This document shows positions 43,490 through 55,832 of a stretch of 64,000 nt of DNA, piece after piece (the first letter of the stretch is position 1; each line of letters opens with the position of its first letter). Under the pieces are notes generated by a model. The model had not been told where the DNA came from and searched no databases. It was given only the letters and a program-made list of their open reading frames with translations. Source of the stretch: Chrysomallon squamiferum (lineage: Eukaryota; Animalia; Mollusca); the NCBI GenBank assembly GCA_012295275.1, contig CM022672.1, positions 28,024,001 to 28,088,000 on the forward strand, in the 5' to 3' direction. A program made the position numbers and the translations under genes.

Positions 43490-43670
43490 TATGCTACTTT
43501 TTTTCTTCTTTTAGTTGTAAGGGATCTTTCTCTTACACCTTTCCATAGACAAAAACACATGTTACCTTCTTGAAGCATTTTATTAATAGAAAAATCTGAT
43601 TTTTTGCCACATAGGAGAATCGATCCTACCTCAGAAAAGCGCTTTACCGCCGGTCACATCCCCACGTCCT
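43490..43670 (-). mobile_element. Degenerate tRNA-derived SINE
   Basis: Reverse strand reads ggacgtgggatgtgaccggcggtaaagcgc..taggatcgattc..aaagatcccttac: a tRNA-like head plus a body shared with the other copies. Confidence 0.5.
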
Positions 43671-45419
43671 GAGTAACCTTTCAGAGCAATATTGAAAGCC
43701 AATTTTCTGTGCTAAAATATAATAGGATTTGTTCTGTGATTTACTGTCGTATCGATTGCACCGCGACATCTCCAGGTTTGGAAGGAGCGATGTCCAGACA
43801 TACATTATTAGCTAACTATTAATACCATGGTATTACTCTACCGACATTTTGGTACCAGTATAAATTGCTGTTTAATAACTGTTAGGAGATACATCACCAG
43901 ATACGGTATTTCACTGGTTAAGATCATTACCAGTGCCGACGAATATCGGAACTATTTGATCTGATATTTTTTTCTCTATATCCAGTACTATAACATATAA
44001 ACAGAAAAATTAAACCTGTCATGGTTAAATAATTATGAAAAACTTAATTATCTTTTCTTTTTTCAATAACCAATTTTTAAATAAACCAACAGTAAGAGTG
44101 CAAAAGTCAAACGATTAAAAAACCTTGATTATTAAGTCTAGACGTATTACATTTTTGATCTTTCAAAAAAAATAACTTAAAGCAGACCAGAATAGCCAGT
44201 GAAATATGTCTCGCCTTCCACCTCGTCTTGCTACAGTCTGTCGTCAGTGCTGATGTTGCTGGTGGAATGACGAGGGAGTCGGTTGTTCGGGCTACTGGGA
44301 TTTGTTCACTGTCAGAGTAGCGGCAAGTTTTCTAATTCAGTCTGCTTGTGTCGACTATAGGTGATGAACACGTCTTTATTTCACCGCAAATCAATACGAA
44401 AAATCAATCATCAAGCCGCTTGTGGGTCCAATTAAAAGCATCTCAAATTGGAAGATTTTGTCATCATGAAGCGCAAGACGATTTGGCTTGAAGCTTTCTT
44501 TTAAACAACATGAATAAGACTAGAGTGCCTTTACTAATAGAAAACTGTAGTGAAAAGAAATCTCTGTCTCTCGAAGTATGTCATCGATCACGAATGAATA
44601 TTACAAAAGAAAAACGTAGTTGTTCGACATGTTCATGTCCTATTTAATCGGTGATAGTTGTATTTCCAAAAATATGGCAAAAATGGCAAATAATAGAGAC
44701 TGAACCGCATCGAGTAAACATTGACAATAAAACATTTAGTAAAAGTAATAAAATATTTTCCACAAATATTCACTGTGCAGAAATAGCATGGAAATTAACA
44801 TTATGAGTTAATAAACAATTAGAAATAAAATATATATATATATATATATATAAAGAAATATTTCCTCTTGCTACTACTGCAGTTGCTGCTGTTATTACTA
44901 CCTACCAGTGTTATTATTATAACTGCATAAGCAACAAAATCAAATATTATTACTTTTACGACTGGGACGGAAGAATCTTCCGCTTATAAATGTCACTTGT
45001 ATATGACTGTTGAATCGGTCTGCCGAATCAACAAAATAGCCTGTGAACTGCGGAATTAATTATCACTTCGGGAGTGGTGGGTGTTACGGGCTCCTGCAGA
45101 ATGATCTGTCGACGACGTCTAGCGGCAAGGGTCATAACACGTCGCCAAATAACGCAAGTCCCTCTTCGTTCTTATAAAAGCCCCGATATTTTTTAGATCA
45201 GAACTGTGGAACGATTCCCGTGGAACGGTGGCTATCCCCTGAACGCACTTGGTAACTAGTTATTTATATAAGTGCTGTTTTCATTGTATTAACCCGCAAG
45301 TGATTGATGTGACAGATTAAATATTTCTGTTCATCAATATTAGTCTTTACTACTATACTGAAAGTTCAACGCTAGTGCGAATACAGTTTTTAAAAATGTC
45401 ATGTGTTTGTGTTCTAGTG

Positions 45420-45749
45420 CAGGGGTTTTCAAACTGTGGTCCGCGGACCACAGGGGGTCCGCAAGTACAAAACAGGGGGTCCGTGGACAGCGAATACTTT
45501 TTATGGGCAGTTTGATTTTATATATGTTTTTTAATCGAAATCTGTTTTCTTATATTTGTAAATGTGAGCGCATGAAATAACAGGTAAATAATTTTGTAAT
45601 ATATCCTAATATATCCTAAATAAATGTAAAAATATATGTTATTTTAAGCAAATATTTATTATAAATTTCATAAGCGTTTATAAGGGGGTCCCTAAGGTAA
45701 AGCCTGGAATATAAAGGGATCCGCAAGTCAAAAAGTTTGAAAACCCCTG
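45420..45749. mobile_element. hAT-type MITE (330 bp)
   Basis: Perfect 16-bp TIRs caggggttttcaaact / agtttgaaaacccctg, perfect 8-bp TSD ttctagtg (45412-45419 and 45750-45757), and subterminal ggggtccg repeats. Confidence 0.95.
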
Positions 45750-45954
45750 TTCTAGTGTACAAAAACGTGATACGGTATTTATAATATATTGCTTATTTAT
45801 ATAGATCCCATATCTGTTACCCCTAGAGCAAGCCAACTCGGGTAGTCACTCGCCGCATTGTTTACGTGTCGAGTCGCCACGGTTGTGTATCGTCAATTCT
45901 TTATGTTTTTAATTTTAAAATGTTTAAGCCGAAATATTTACGTGTTTAGATGCC

Positions 45955-46038
45955 TTAGTACCAGAAAACCGGAAAATCCAGAAATCCGGAATGCTTCAGT
46001 TCCCAAGGAGTCCGGATCAATGGTCCAGTACCCGTATA
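45955..46038. mobile_element. Terminal fragment of a Tigger/pogo-type MITE
   Basis: aaaatccagaaatccggaatgcttcagttcccaaggagtccggat..cccgta-TA resembles, from memory, MER2/Tigger-like ends. No partner end found. Confidence 0.35.
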
Positions 46039-46574
46039 ACGGTAATTGATTGATTGAGATGTAGGTTAAATCAATCGATATCCTTGACTAACTGATTTAC
46101 TGCGGGAACAAACCATTGTCTAAACTGAATAAACAGAAAAGAACATTTGATATAGTCATTACATTACAAATTATTATTTATATGTAATCCTTAATATTCT
46201 GTATAAAGCGCTTATATTATCAAGCGATGTTTTGAAAAGAGTATATATGTGATGTTGTAAGGTCATATTCGTTCCTGTATTAGTTTGCTAAATATCGAGA
46301 TTATTTTATGTGAACTGTAGGTACCAACAAGTTCTCATCTTTTCTTGATAATATATATATATATATATATACTGATCCTTTATCATATCAGCTGCATAAT
46401 TCCAGTTCTAAATACTGCTCTTAAGCAAAATTATATTCTCTCAGAGTTTTTGTTCACAATTTCTACAGCTTATATTATGTCACGATTTTTTACTCAACTG
46501 TAAATTTGTTTATTATGTGTGAGCCTTTCGTTATACCCGGGTAACAAATCGCGTGATGTCAGAGCAACATTATA

Positions 46575-47276
46575 CAGTGGTATCTCGAATTACGAGTGCC
46601 CAACTTACGAGTTTTTCGAGTTACGAGCAGTCGCTGGTCGATTTTTTGCTTTGAGTTGCGATCCAAAATCCGAATTAGCCGCCGTTAGTTGGCGTAACGA
46701 ACAACACAACATCCGACCAGCATCCGCGTCTCACTCGTTTACTTCACGTGGTTACCTGGCCGTGGAAACATCTCTGTTGTGTGTTCGCGTCTTGTGCAGT
46801 ATTTAGCAAAATTTCTTTTTTCTGACCATGGATCGTAAGAAAGTGAGTGCAAAGGACAGTGCTGAGAAGAAGAAGCGGATGATGTCCTTTGAATTAAAGC
46901 TTGAAATCATAGAATAACATGAGCGAGGTGTGAATGTAGTCGACTCGGCTAGGCAGTAAGAGCATAGTACCATACTGATGCAGGAGTCGATAAAGACTGT
47001 AACTCCAGCCAAACTCGTTAAAATAATTTGTCTGATCTTCAAGATAAATACACTTTACAAAACCAATTTATTTCTTTACATTCTCTTTTATTTTCTTTTT
47101 TTTATACAATATTTGTCATTTATAAATATATTTTTCTTATTAAAAAATACGTTACAAAAAAATGGTGTGGTTTTGGGGACTGGATCGGATTAATTTCAGT
47201 TAAGTTCAGTTGGGAATATTGATTTGATATACGAGCAAATTGAGTTACGAGCGAATTAAACTTGTAGGTACCACTA
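46575..47276 (+). mobile_element. Internally deleted Tigger/pogo element, copy 2
   Basis: Termini TA-cagtggtatc ... ggtaccacta-TA. Encodes MDRKKVSAKDSAEKKKRMMSFELKLEIIE*HERGVNVVDSARQ with stops, and has the same KII|CLI junction as copy 1. Confidence 0.85.
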
Positions 47277-49988
47277 TATTTGATATTGGAGGAAATACTA
47301 GTAGAGGCATTAATTATTATCCAAACAAAAGCTGCGTGAAAAAATAATTCTCTTGATTTTTAACAACAAAACTACCCTATTTAATTATATATATATTGTA
47401 TTTCACCTATGGTAACACTATTATCTGTGTATGTTTTATAAATATACTATATGTTTTTATTTGCTATGTAATAAATTGCATATGTCTTTATTAATTTTTA
47501 GGTGCGTTATAAAGCATGTATATAGATATATAATAAATTACATATGGTTTAATTTCCTATATTTATCAAAATATTTGGCTCGTAAATTATGTCTTTTTTT
47601 TTTTCTTAATTATTGATTTTATCATATTTACTTTGATTATTTAAATCAGGTATATTTTTAATCTCGTGCTATTATCAATTTACCCCCCAAAACAAGGATA
47701 CGTTAATCAAATTTCTGTCAGTATTTGTAAAAACACTGCACATAACTCAAAGGCTACACATAATATTTATACGAAGCCATTGTTGCGTTTCCATGCTGTT
47801 AAGCTGGGTTTACGCTACACAATGAGAGGTTTTATTTATGGACAAATATAAACCAGTTTCATTCTTCAGTTTATTTGGTCAAAGCCACGTCGGTCTGTTT
47901 TCCGGAACTTTTTTTATCACAAATAATCCTGTAATTGAAGTTGCAGGTTCAGTTTGTCTCAGTTCACTACGCCCGTGCTAATGGCATTTGCTGAAAAATT
48001 AAACACGAAATATGTAGAGGTATACTGTATTTATCATAGAATGATAGTAAGAGTAGTAAATCGTAATATACAAAGCCATGATGTATTTATGGTAGAACGA
48101 AGATAATATGAATAAAGCTAAACTCGAAATACACAGAGAAGAATAATATATTTATTGTAGAAAGATGGCATACTTAGTAAATCGAGATTCTTAATATTTT
48201 GGAAACGCAATGAATTCTATAGAAAGATGGTACATTGAGTAATTCTAGACTCATACTCTGAGGAATAACGATTTATACTGAATTAAATACAGTGGTAAAA
48301 CGGTGGTGCTTACCCCAGACAACGATGGGGTGTAAAATTCAACCAGTTTGTAGATGGTCCCGGTTTTATAACGGTTTTTATTTGGTTAGGATCGTTATAA
48401 ATAGAATTATTTCCCTTGTCGGGAACAATCAAAAATTGGAATGTACCGAAATGTCCCGATATAACCCGAAATTCATACGGTAAAGTTACATTGGTCATAT
48501 TTACTTAACCATTAAAAAACGTATTTTCTTTGGATTAAGAGCACATATATATATATATAAAAAGATACACAATTTACTTTTTGTGTCAGTTTGATCCGTT
48601 TTCTTTTAGTTCCTGGTAGTCACATTGTTTTTCCTTCTCTGTATCTGTAATGAATACTGATAATGTACAATGTATTTATTGTTGAACAATATCATGCTAA
48701 ATAACTTCTCAGTAAAAATATATTTTGGTATATGAAGATAATTCTAAATATTTTTATATAGCATTTTAATTTATTTTGTTAATGAAGGTGGTGCCTGGCG
48801 AAATTTTATGGCATTATAATTTAATTTATCGTTCACATTTTAACCAAAATAGATCGTATTATAATTTATTTATCCTAAAGAAATTACAAGCACAGATGAA
48901 TCTAAAAATATAGTACTGAAAAATACAGTGTTATACATTATTTATTGCAGATAGATGGTATGCTGAGATTAATTTAAATATTTATTTTATTTATAGTGAA
49001 AAAATTGGTAAGACGAGACAAATCTTGATATATAATATATAATGATATAATTTATTTATGGAAGAAAGACAGTACATGGGAAGATAAAACTAAATATAGA
49101 TTTGTTAGTACATGACTAATATGTACCTTCCCATGGATAGGAAACCACAGACAGTCATGGAAAATAAGTATGGATATGAGGAAGAAATGTACACATTGAA
49201 TAGAGATTTAAAGAGTTGTATATTCCAGTTCACTGTATTATTAATAATTATAAAGCTATTTTAAGAATGGTTCTTGAAAATTGACAAAAATCCAATACAT
49301 CTTTCCATTATTCTCATTTTCTTTTTCATTTTTTTTTTCCATTCGATCTTATAATTAATTTCTAATAATGAATATATATGAAGTCTTAAATATAGTCCAC
49401 AGTTACACCAGTTATTGATATTTAATTGAATGATGTGCGTCAATAAGGTAATTTTATTGTAGGAATCGAAATCGTCAATAACCGAATGCGTTCCTTTAAT
49501 TATTGTTTGCTGCTACTGGTTACTATCTGTATAGAATGCTTTTCACGAGAATGTCTTTAAAATAGTATTACAATCTCAACCTGTGGATTTGTCCAATAAT
49601 GACTAGATTTGACATGACCATGATCTTTGATTATACGTAAGAATAAATACGTTAATGATATCTGTACTGATGAAGATGCCGTTGCCGACACCTTAATACA
49701 GAACAGTTTTGAATACCGTGATAACTGAACATAAAAGCTTTTTAAGAGAAATATTTATACTGATTATGCCGTAGATAGTACTGGTATTTTCTTTATCTTT
49801 ATTTGTTTTTATTTTTATTTAAATGTTGTTGTTTTGTTCAATTATTGTTATTACTATTATTTCTATTTTTAGTTAATTGTGTTAAGTATTAATTATTATT
49901 TTATTTTATTTTATTTTATTAATTTTTTTTTTATTTCAGCTTGAAATTATATTATGTTTTGGGAATGTTTTTTAATTATTTATTTGAA

Positions 49989-50036
<48 letters not shown>

Positions 50037-52813
50037 TATTTATTTTTTGTGTGTTTTTTTGTGCGTTGTTCAAATTCATTTTTAAACGGAAGATATTCCT
50101 TTGTAAATTATTATTATTATTTTTTTTTTTTTTACCATCTCAAATGTGTCTTTAAGAAGAAGGAACGGAACATTAGTAACAAAAAGTAGATAATACCAAG
50201 CAAAACACAGTGAGGTGTACAACGTCAACTTGAATTAATCCAGGGTGATCGAAATTTCAACAGCAGCAACATCAAGAACAATTAAAATAAAATAAAAATG
50301 ATTAAATACAATTAAGAATTTGTTAATATTAAAATGAATACGATGATAATGATGCTGATGTAGCTGTGATGATGTTTGTGAAACACTTACAATAACAAAA
50401 CGTAAATGTTAAAATATTATGACAATTAGCGAAACACATGATTTCCGAAACGCGTAAATAGCTAGTTTCTCTCGACAAATGTCATCAAATTAAAAGGCTT
50501 TTGAGAAAATTAGTTTTTCATCGTCGCATCCTGAGAGTATAAATATCGAGGAAGTCATAGATAAAAAAGAAATCATTCCAAAGTTTAAAATTGTTTCGAA
50601 AGCTTATTGTCTGTTTTTACAAATAATCAGCGTGAGTTAAATGCGACATACATCTTTCCGAAATTTACTTTATAATTACTGTCTTTGTTTATATATAGGT
50701 ACACACATATATGTACATGATCTTTTTTCTTTTGGTAATAATTTTTTTAAATACTCCCAAAAAATTGCAAAAACCTATTTTGGCATTCCTGAATCTGGCA
50801 GTGAGATTATAACACATCTTAATTGGACACGCCAGTTTTTCCATTTCTGGCAGTTTATTTCTCACCCTTACTAATTGGTGTTCCGACACTTTAATTGATG
50901 GCCTATCACCTTAACTGATGTACTTTTGTTAAACAGTATTTTGTCCACAATTTGAAAGCACATTCCATCACACTTTACACATGAAATGTCCCAGAAAGCA
51001 CTCCACCGCAAGCTGACAAGTAGGAAGCCGTGTCCCGGGTACACGTGACGTACTCCAATCCCAGCTGGAAGAGCTTGTGCTTGTTTTCTGGTAGTATTTC
51101 CTGTCTCCAAATGTTACTGAGATATAACATTAATTTCATGTCTCCAAACATTAATTTTGTTGCAGTCTCTATTGCGGCTCACCTCTACTCTTCACTGCTC
51201 ATTAAGGTTAATCTCGTTAATCGCCCCCTCTGTTCTTCACACTTCTCGTTAACTCCATGCGTCTAAATTGGCCTTAATTGCTCACGCCAGTTTTCCCATT
51301 TCTGGAAGCGGATTAGAACACCTCACCGCTTACCTAATCAGGAGACTGCCAGTTTTTGGAACATACCTATTTTTTATCTCGCGCACTAAAGGAGAAAAAG
51401 TTCCTGCATTTATTTTGTTTCTGTATAAAGAAATGTCTGAATCTGAGAAACAGTACAAAAAAGTTTCAGAATAGGAATAACGTTAAAAGACTTGATTAGA
51501 AAATAGAAAGTGTTTTCCATCAAAGTTATGCATACAAGTCATATTAATGTGGCCAAAACCAGAGACGACACCAGAAATACAGTTGGTCTTCGATAAACAT
51601 CATCAGTGCTTACCGTCAAATCACGACGAATAACGAAATGACGCAAACAGAGGAATTAATGTAAGTAACATAGATACGTTCTAGATACACCCTAATTTTA
51701 CCACTTAACTTACATAAATATAATGTAATGTACCTTTAAACAATAATAAATACGTAATAAATAACTTGCAGTAAAACATAGGTCCTGTTTGAAAACTACT
51801 CAAACAACAATAGTATATAATGTGATGGGTTTTTTTTTGGTGGGGGGGTAATATTTTTTATTATATTGAGGATATTTTTATTTTTGTATTCAGTTCAGAT
51901 TAACTGTATGGATGATACTTAAATAATAATATTATGCAAATTGAATGTTTTCAAAGTATATATATATTTTTTTACAGCTGTGGTAGTAATAACAATATAA
52001 AGCAAAATAAATAAATAATTTGATTTTCTTTTAAAACTAAATCTAAGTTTTAAAGAAAAAAGTAAGAGATATTTAGTAATTTAAAAAAAAAAAAAAAAAC
52101 GCTCCCTGAATAAACATAATTTAAAAAGAAAAGATGAAAAAAATATATAAGTTAAAAATATATATAGAAAAATTGTTATTTACGATATCTTTTTAAGTTT
52201 GCTCTAGTTACTTTTAGTGGCTTTCTCAGAAAGTATTGCTCTAACAGGCGTGCTTAGCAACCAGCTTGCTCTGATTAGCACACTATTTTTCAGTTTATTT
52301 CAGCAATTTAGAAATGTTTTGAAAACTATTTAGTAACATGTTATTTTGCCAGAAACAGTCTATTGTCGATTTTTTAATGGTTTTTTTTTTTACTTTATTT
52401 TTTATTTTTATTTTATTTCCCAGAGGCCATAAAAAGTTAACCGCGTCGTTATTAATGCGCTAGTTAATTACAGCTGGTTCAAGTCCGTTACGGTATATTT
52501 ATTTTCATTAACCAAAACAGCAAGCGTGACGCTGGAATATGATAATCAATGGCGTTGACAATAACCGATAAAAGATAAATACGAGGGTAGTTACATTCAC
52601 CAAACAAGAGGCAGATCTTCATACAAACTGAAATTCTGAAGAACAAATAAAAACTATGGTGCTGATGAAACACAAAAAAATCGAATAAAATCTTCTTGCC
52701 AGCAAGATGTAACAAAAATGGCAGCATCGATTTATATTTCATTGGATATTCACAATGATTCCTTGATTTTGACTATTTTCTTCCGGTGTTTACCAAACTA
52801 AGTCTAGATCATC

Positions 52814-52845
<32 letters not shown>

Positions 52846-53164
52846 GAATAATAATAGAATAAATAAATTAATAAATAATTTATGACATACCCGATTATAT
52901 GATTCCAGAGTACCTTTTATGATTCTAGAGTACGTTCAAACGAAAGGTTACGAAGGATAATATTTTAATATGTAGACATGTTTGAACAAAATGAATAAAA
53001 TTCCAACCAGATTAGATTGGCGATAACAACAGTTCAGACTGCAAGTTGAAAAAAAAAATTGTTAGACAAAATCTAAAATGAAAACATCGAGATTAATTAC
53101 ATTAAGAATATTGAAATCTTTTTCTGTAAATGAAGAACTAAAGTGATAAAATTGAAAATGAAAC

Positions 53165-55050
53165 TACATCCCCTCCTGGAGGTAATTAAGTTTAACTGGG
53201 CCCTATGTCAGTTTTTGGAAGAAGTTTATAAGTATATGTTTCTTATTTCAGTAGAAACAAATATCATCGGATAGCTCTAACGCGGGCTAAGATAACTTAT
53301 TTACACAATCCAATCTGCTAATAACTTAATCTTCTTGTCTGTAAAATATAATGTACCGTTACACACTTATCACAAATTTCAATTTTACGGTTTTAGTCTT
53401 CAGGTCCTGTTTCATCGTCAGATTCTTCCAGTTCTACTGGATTTCTCTCCAGTACATCAGTTAGTTTTTGTGATAAAATCATTTGATCTTCACGCCAGAG
53501 TGGTTCTGCACCCACTTTCCATCCACGCCCTTCATAGAGTTTGGGATCTCATTTATGATACACAGTGCATGAGATACTGTAACTATTCCAACAACCATGG
53601 AGATATTTTTGAGGAGAAAATCTACATGACAATTAGAAGTGTCCAAACATTGGGAAAGGATAGACATGAGGATGGACTAGAGGCCTTTAATGTTTCAAAA
53701 TGGAAAACATCCTGCTGTTTTCTTCTTCTTTTTTTCTGCTTTTTGTTGATCGAGAATTTCATGGATGGGATGACTTTATGTCTGTTACAGGTGTTCTATC
53801 AACATCAGTAGGCTGCGATCCTGTGATTTAACACTGTAAAATAATATTTGAGATTCGCTGTAGAGGCAGTACATGAGTCACAATATTTAACTTAGAGGTA
53901 TGCATAAAAGCATGTCAAAAGATTAAAAAAGAGCCTGATCAAAAGCACGTGATCCACATGGAACCTTTCCTTATGGTTGGGAAGACGATGGATATATATG
54001 ACCTAACTTATGTTTTACTTAAAGCTGGATTTGTAGGGTGGTTAGGCAAGGTGTATGGTTTACTCAGTGACAAAAAGAGTCATTCAGTGGCACATCACAA
54101 GACTGTTGGAGAATTTGGAAAGTCTTCTGATAACAAATGTCTAGGACAGTTTGGTAAAAGCATATTTTTTTACAACTTACCAGACACAGGCAAATTGAAA
54201 CAGAAAAATGAAATCCTCGTCAGTTAATTCATGACTGCATCAGTGACCCAGACGTTAACTCTCAGAAACAGACTCTGTAACATATTCTCAGGTGCTGCAG
54301 TATTAGCTGACATTGCAACTGATCTCCAGCTGAGAAGCAAGGAGCTAGAGAAAGGTCCAATTTTGTCGAGCAAAGACTAAAGAGACAGAAGTAGGGTTGT
54401 TCTGTACAGAATCACGACAGTGATATATACTGGATCTTGTTATATTGTCCCAGCCAAATATATATAACTATCCTCTTCGATTCTGATCATGGTAGCAAGA
54501 TGCAACTTATCAGTATTGCAAATATGTGTTTAATCTGTTTAGAGTGAATTTGCTTCCACCGGTTCGGTCAGCTCTTTCAGATTCAAGCACTGAAGTTGTT
54601 AATGCAATTTCGTGTATACTGTATAGCCATGAAGCATTTAGAAAAAATCTAGTATATTAACGGTCATCTTTTTATTGGTTATCAAAGGTTTGCCTATGCA
54701 AGTTAGAGAGTGTAGACGAACGTGGCTCTTGATGTCAAAATATGATAAGAGTATTTCGGTTGAGAGTACCAATGACCTGGCTAGATTGTCTCAGAGTAGA
54801 GCGTGCTTGAAAGAACATTCTGTTCGATCAAATTATCAGAAAAGAAAATGGCAAATGTTCCATAGTATAAAATACCATGAGATCCCCAAAGCGTGGGAAC
54901 GGCGTGAATGGAAAGAGGGTGGAGAACAACCCTGGTGTGCGGATGAAATGATCTTACCACAAAAATTTGAGACAAATGCAGAACTGGTGAAATCTGACGA
55001 TGAAACAGGCGATGAAAACTGAAACAGTAAAACTGAAATTTGTGATAAGT
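53165..55050 (+). mobile_element. Academ-like (XPG/PIN-nuclease-encoding) DNA transposon remnant with inverted partial duplicate
   Basis: Plus-strand fragments ..SRVVLY/HDSDIYWILLY..ITILFDSDHGSKMQLISI and DLARLSQSRACLKEHSVRSNYQ..W..EIPK..W..PWCADEMILPQ resemble the XPG-like region (DTDV, LPP..HI.R.NYQ..W motifs) of Academ-type proteins. 53365-53552 is an inverted homolog of 54877-55050. Left boundary is tentative. Confidence 0.6.
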
Positions 55051-55234
55051 AAGAACACAAAACGTATACGTCTACCTTTAATCGTGCTTTTTCTGTAGAT
55101 TTACTTTTATATACTGTATATTTGGAAATAAAATTCAGGAATGTTTCCTTTTCTTTAGAATAGGCATCTTGTATATGCTATAGGTATGTGTATATATATA
55201 TATATGTGTTTGTGTGTGTGCGCACACACACACG

Positions 55235-55266
<32 letters not shown>

Positions 55267-55744
55267 CACTTGCCTATAGCAAGAGTAGAAATATATAATA
55301 TGTACAAAATATAATATGTATATAGCATATACAACATTAGAAATCAAACAAAAACAAACAATAGCAACAATGAAATAAACTAAAGCACACCTCCACATTA
55401 TTTTAAAAAAATCATATTTTATATTATTCTGTAGTAAAAAAACAAAGCAAGTCATTAACTGATGTGCTGCGAAAGTATAATTTGAAACGTTTATTGTATT
55501 TTGTACATGCTCTTTGATCAGACCTTTCAAATATTGACAGAAGCGTCGATGAACAGTTTAAGTTCAAAGCAAACGTATAAAACAAAAACAAATCAATGGC
55601 TGTATGAAACACAAAACGCAGGAGCAGCGTAACGAAAACATTTTCGATTAATCCTATTTTTTTATTATTTTTTTATCTCAGATCGAGCTTTCGACACACT
55701 TACCTACCGTGTAAGTCAGACCAACCGACATACACAGACACACA

Positions 55745-55755
55745 TAGACAGACAG

Positions 55756-55832
<77 letters not shown>
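55745..55832. repeat. (GATA)n microsatellite
   Basis: Read directly from sequence. Confidence 0.9.

Noticed and set aside
43740-43910. Possible Penelope-like reverse transcriptase remnant (SRHTLLAN..)
   Set aside because: Too short and degenerate to support without a search.
49580-49620. tgactagat, a miR-279-family-like seed in a small stem
   Set aside because: The stem is too short and bulged for a pre-miRNA, and the rest does not match the mature sequence.
53949-54227. 92-aa ORF as a host gene or hAT zinc finger
   Set aside because: It lies within the Academ-like remnant and has no exon structure, so it is treated as a transposon fragment.
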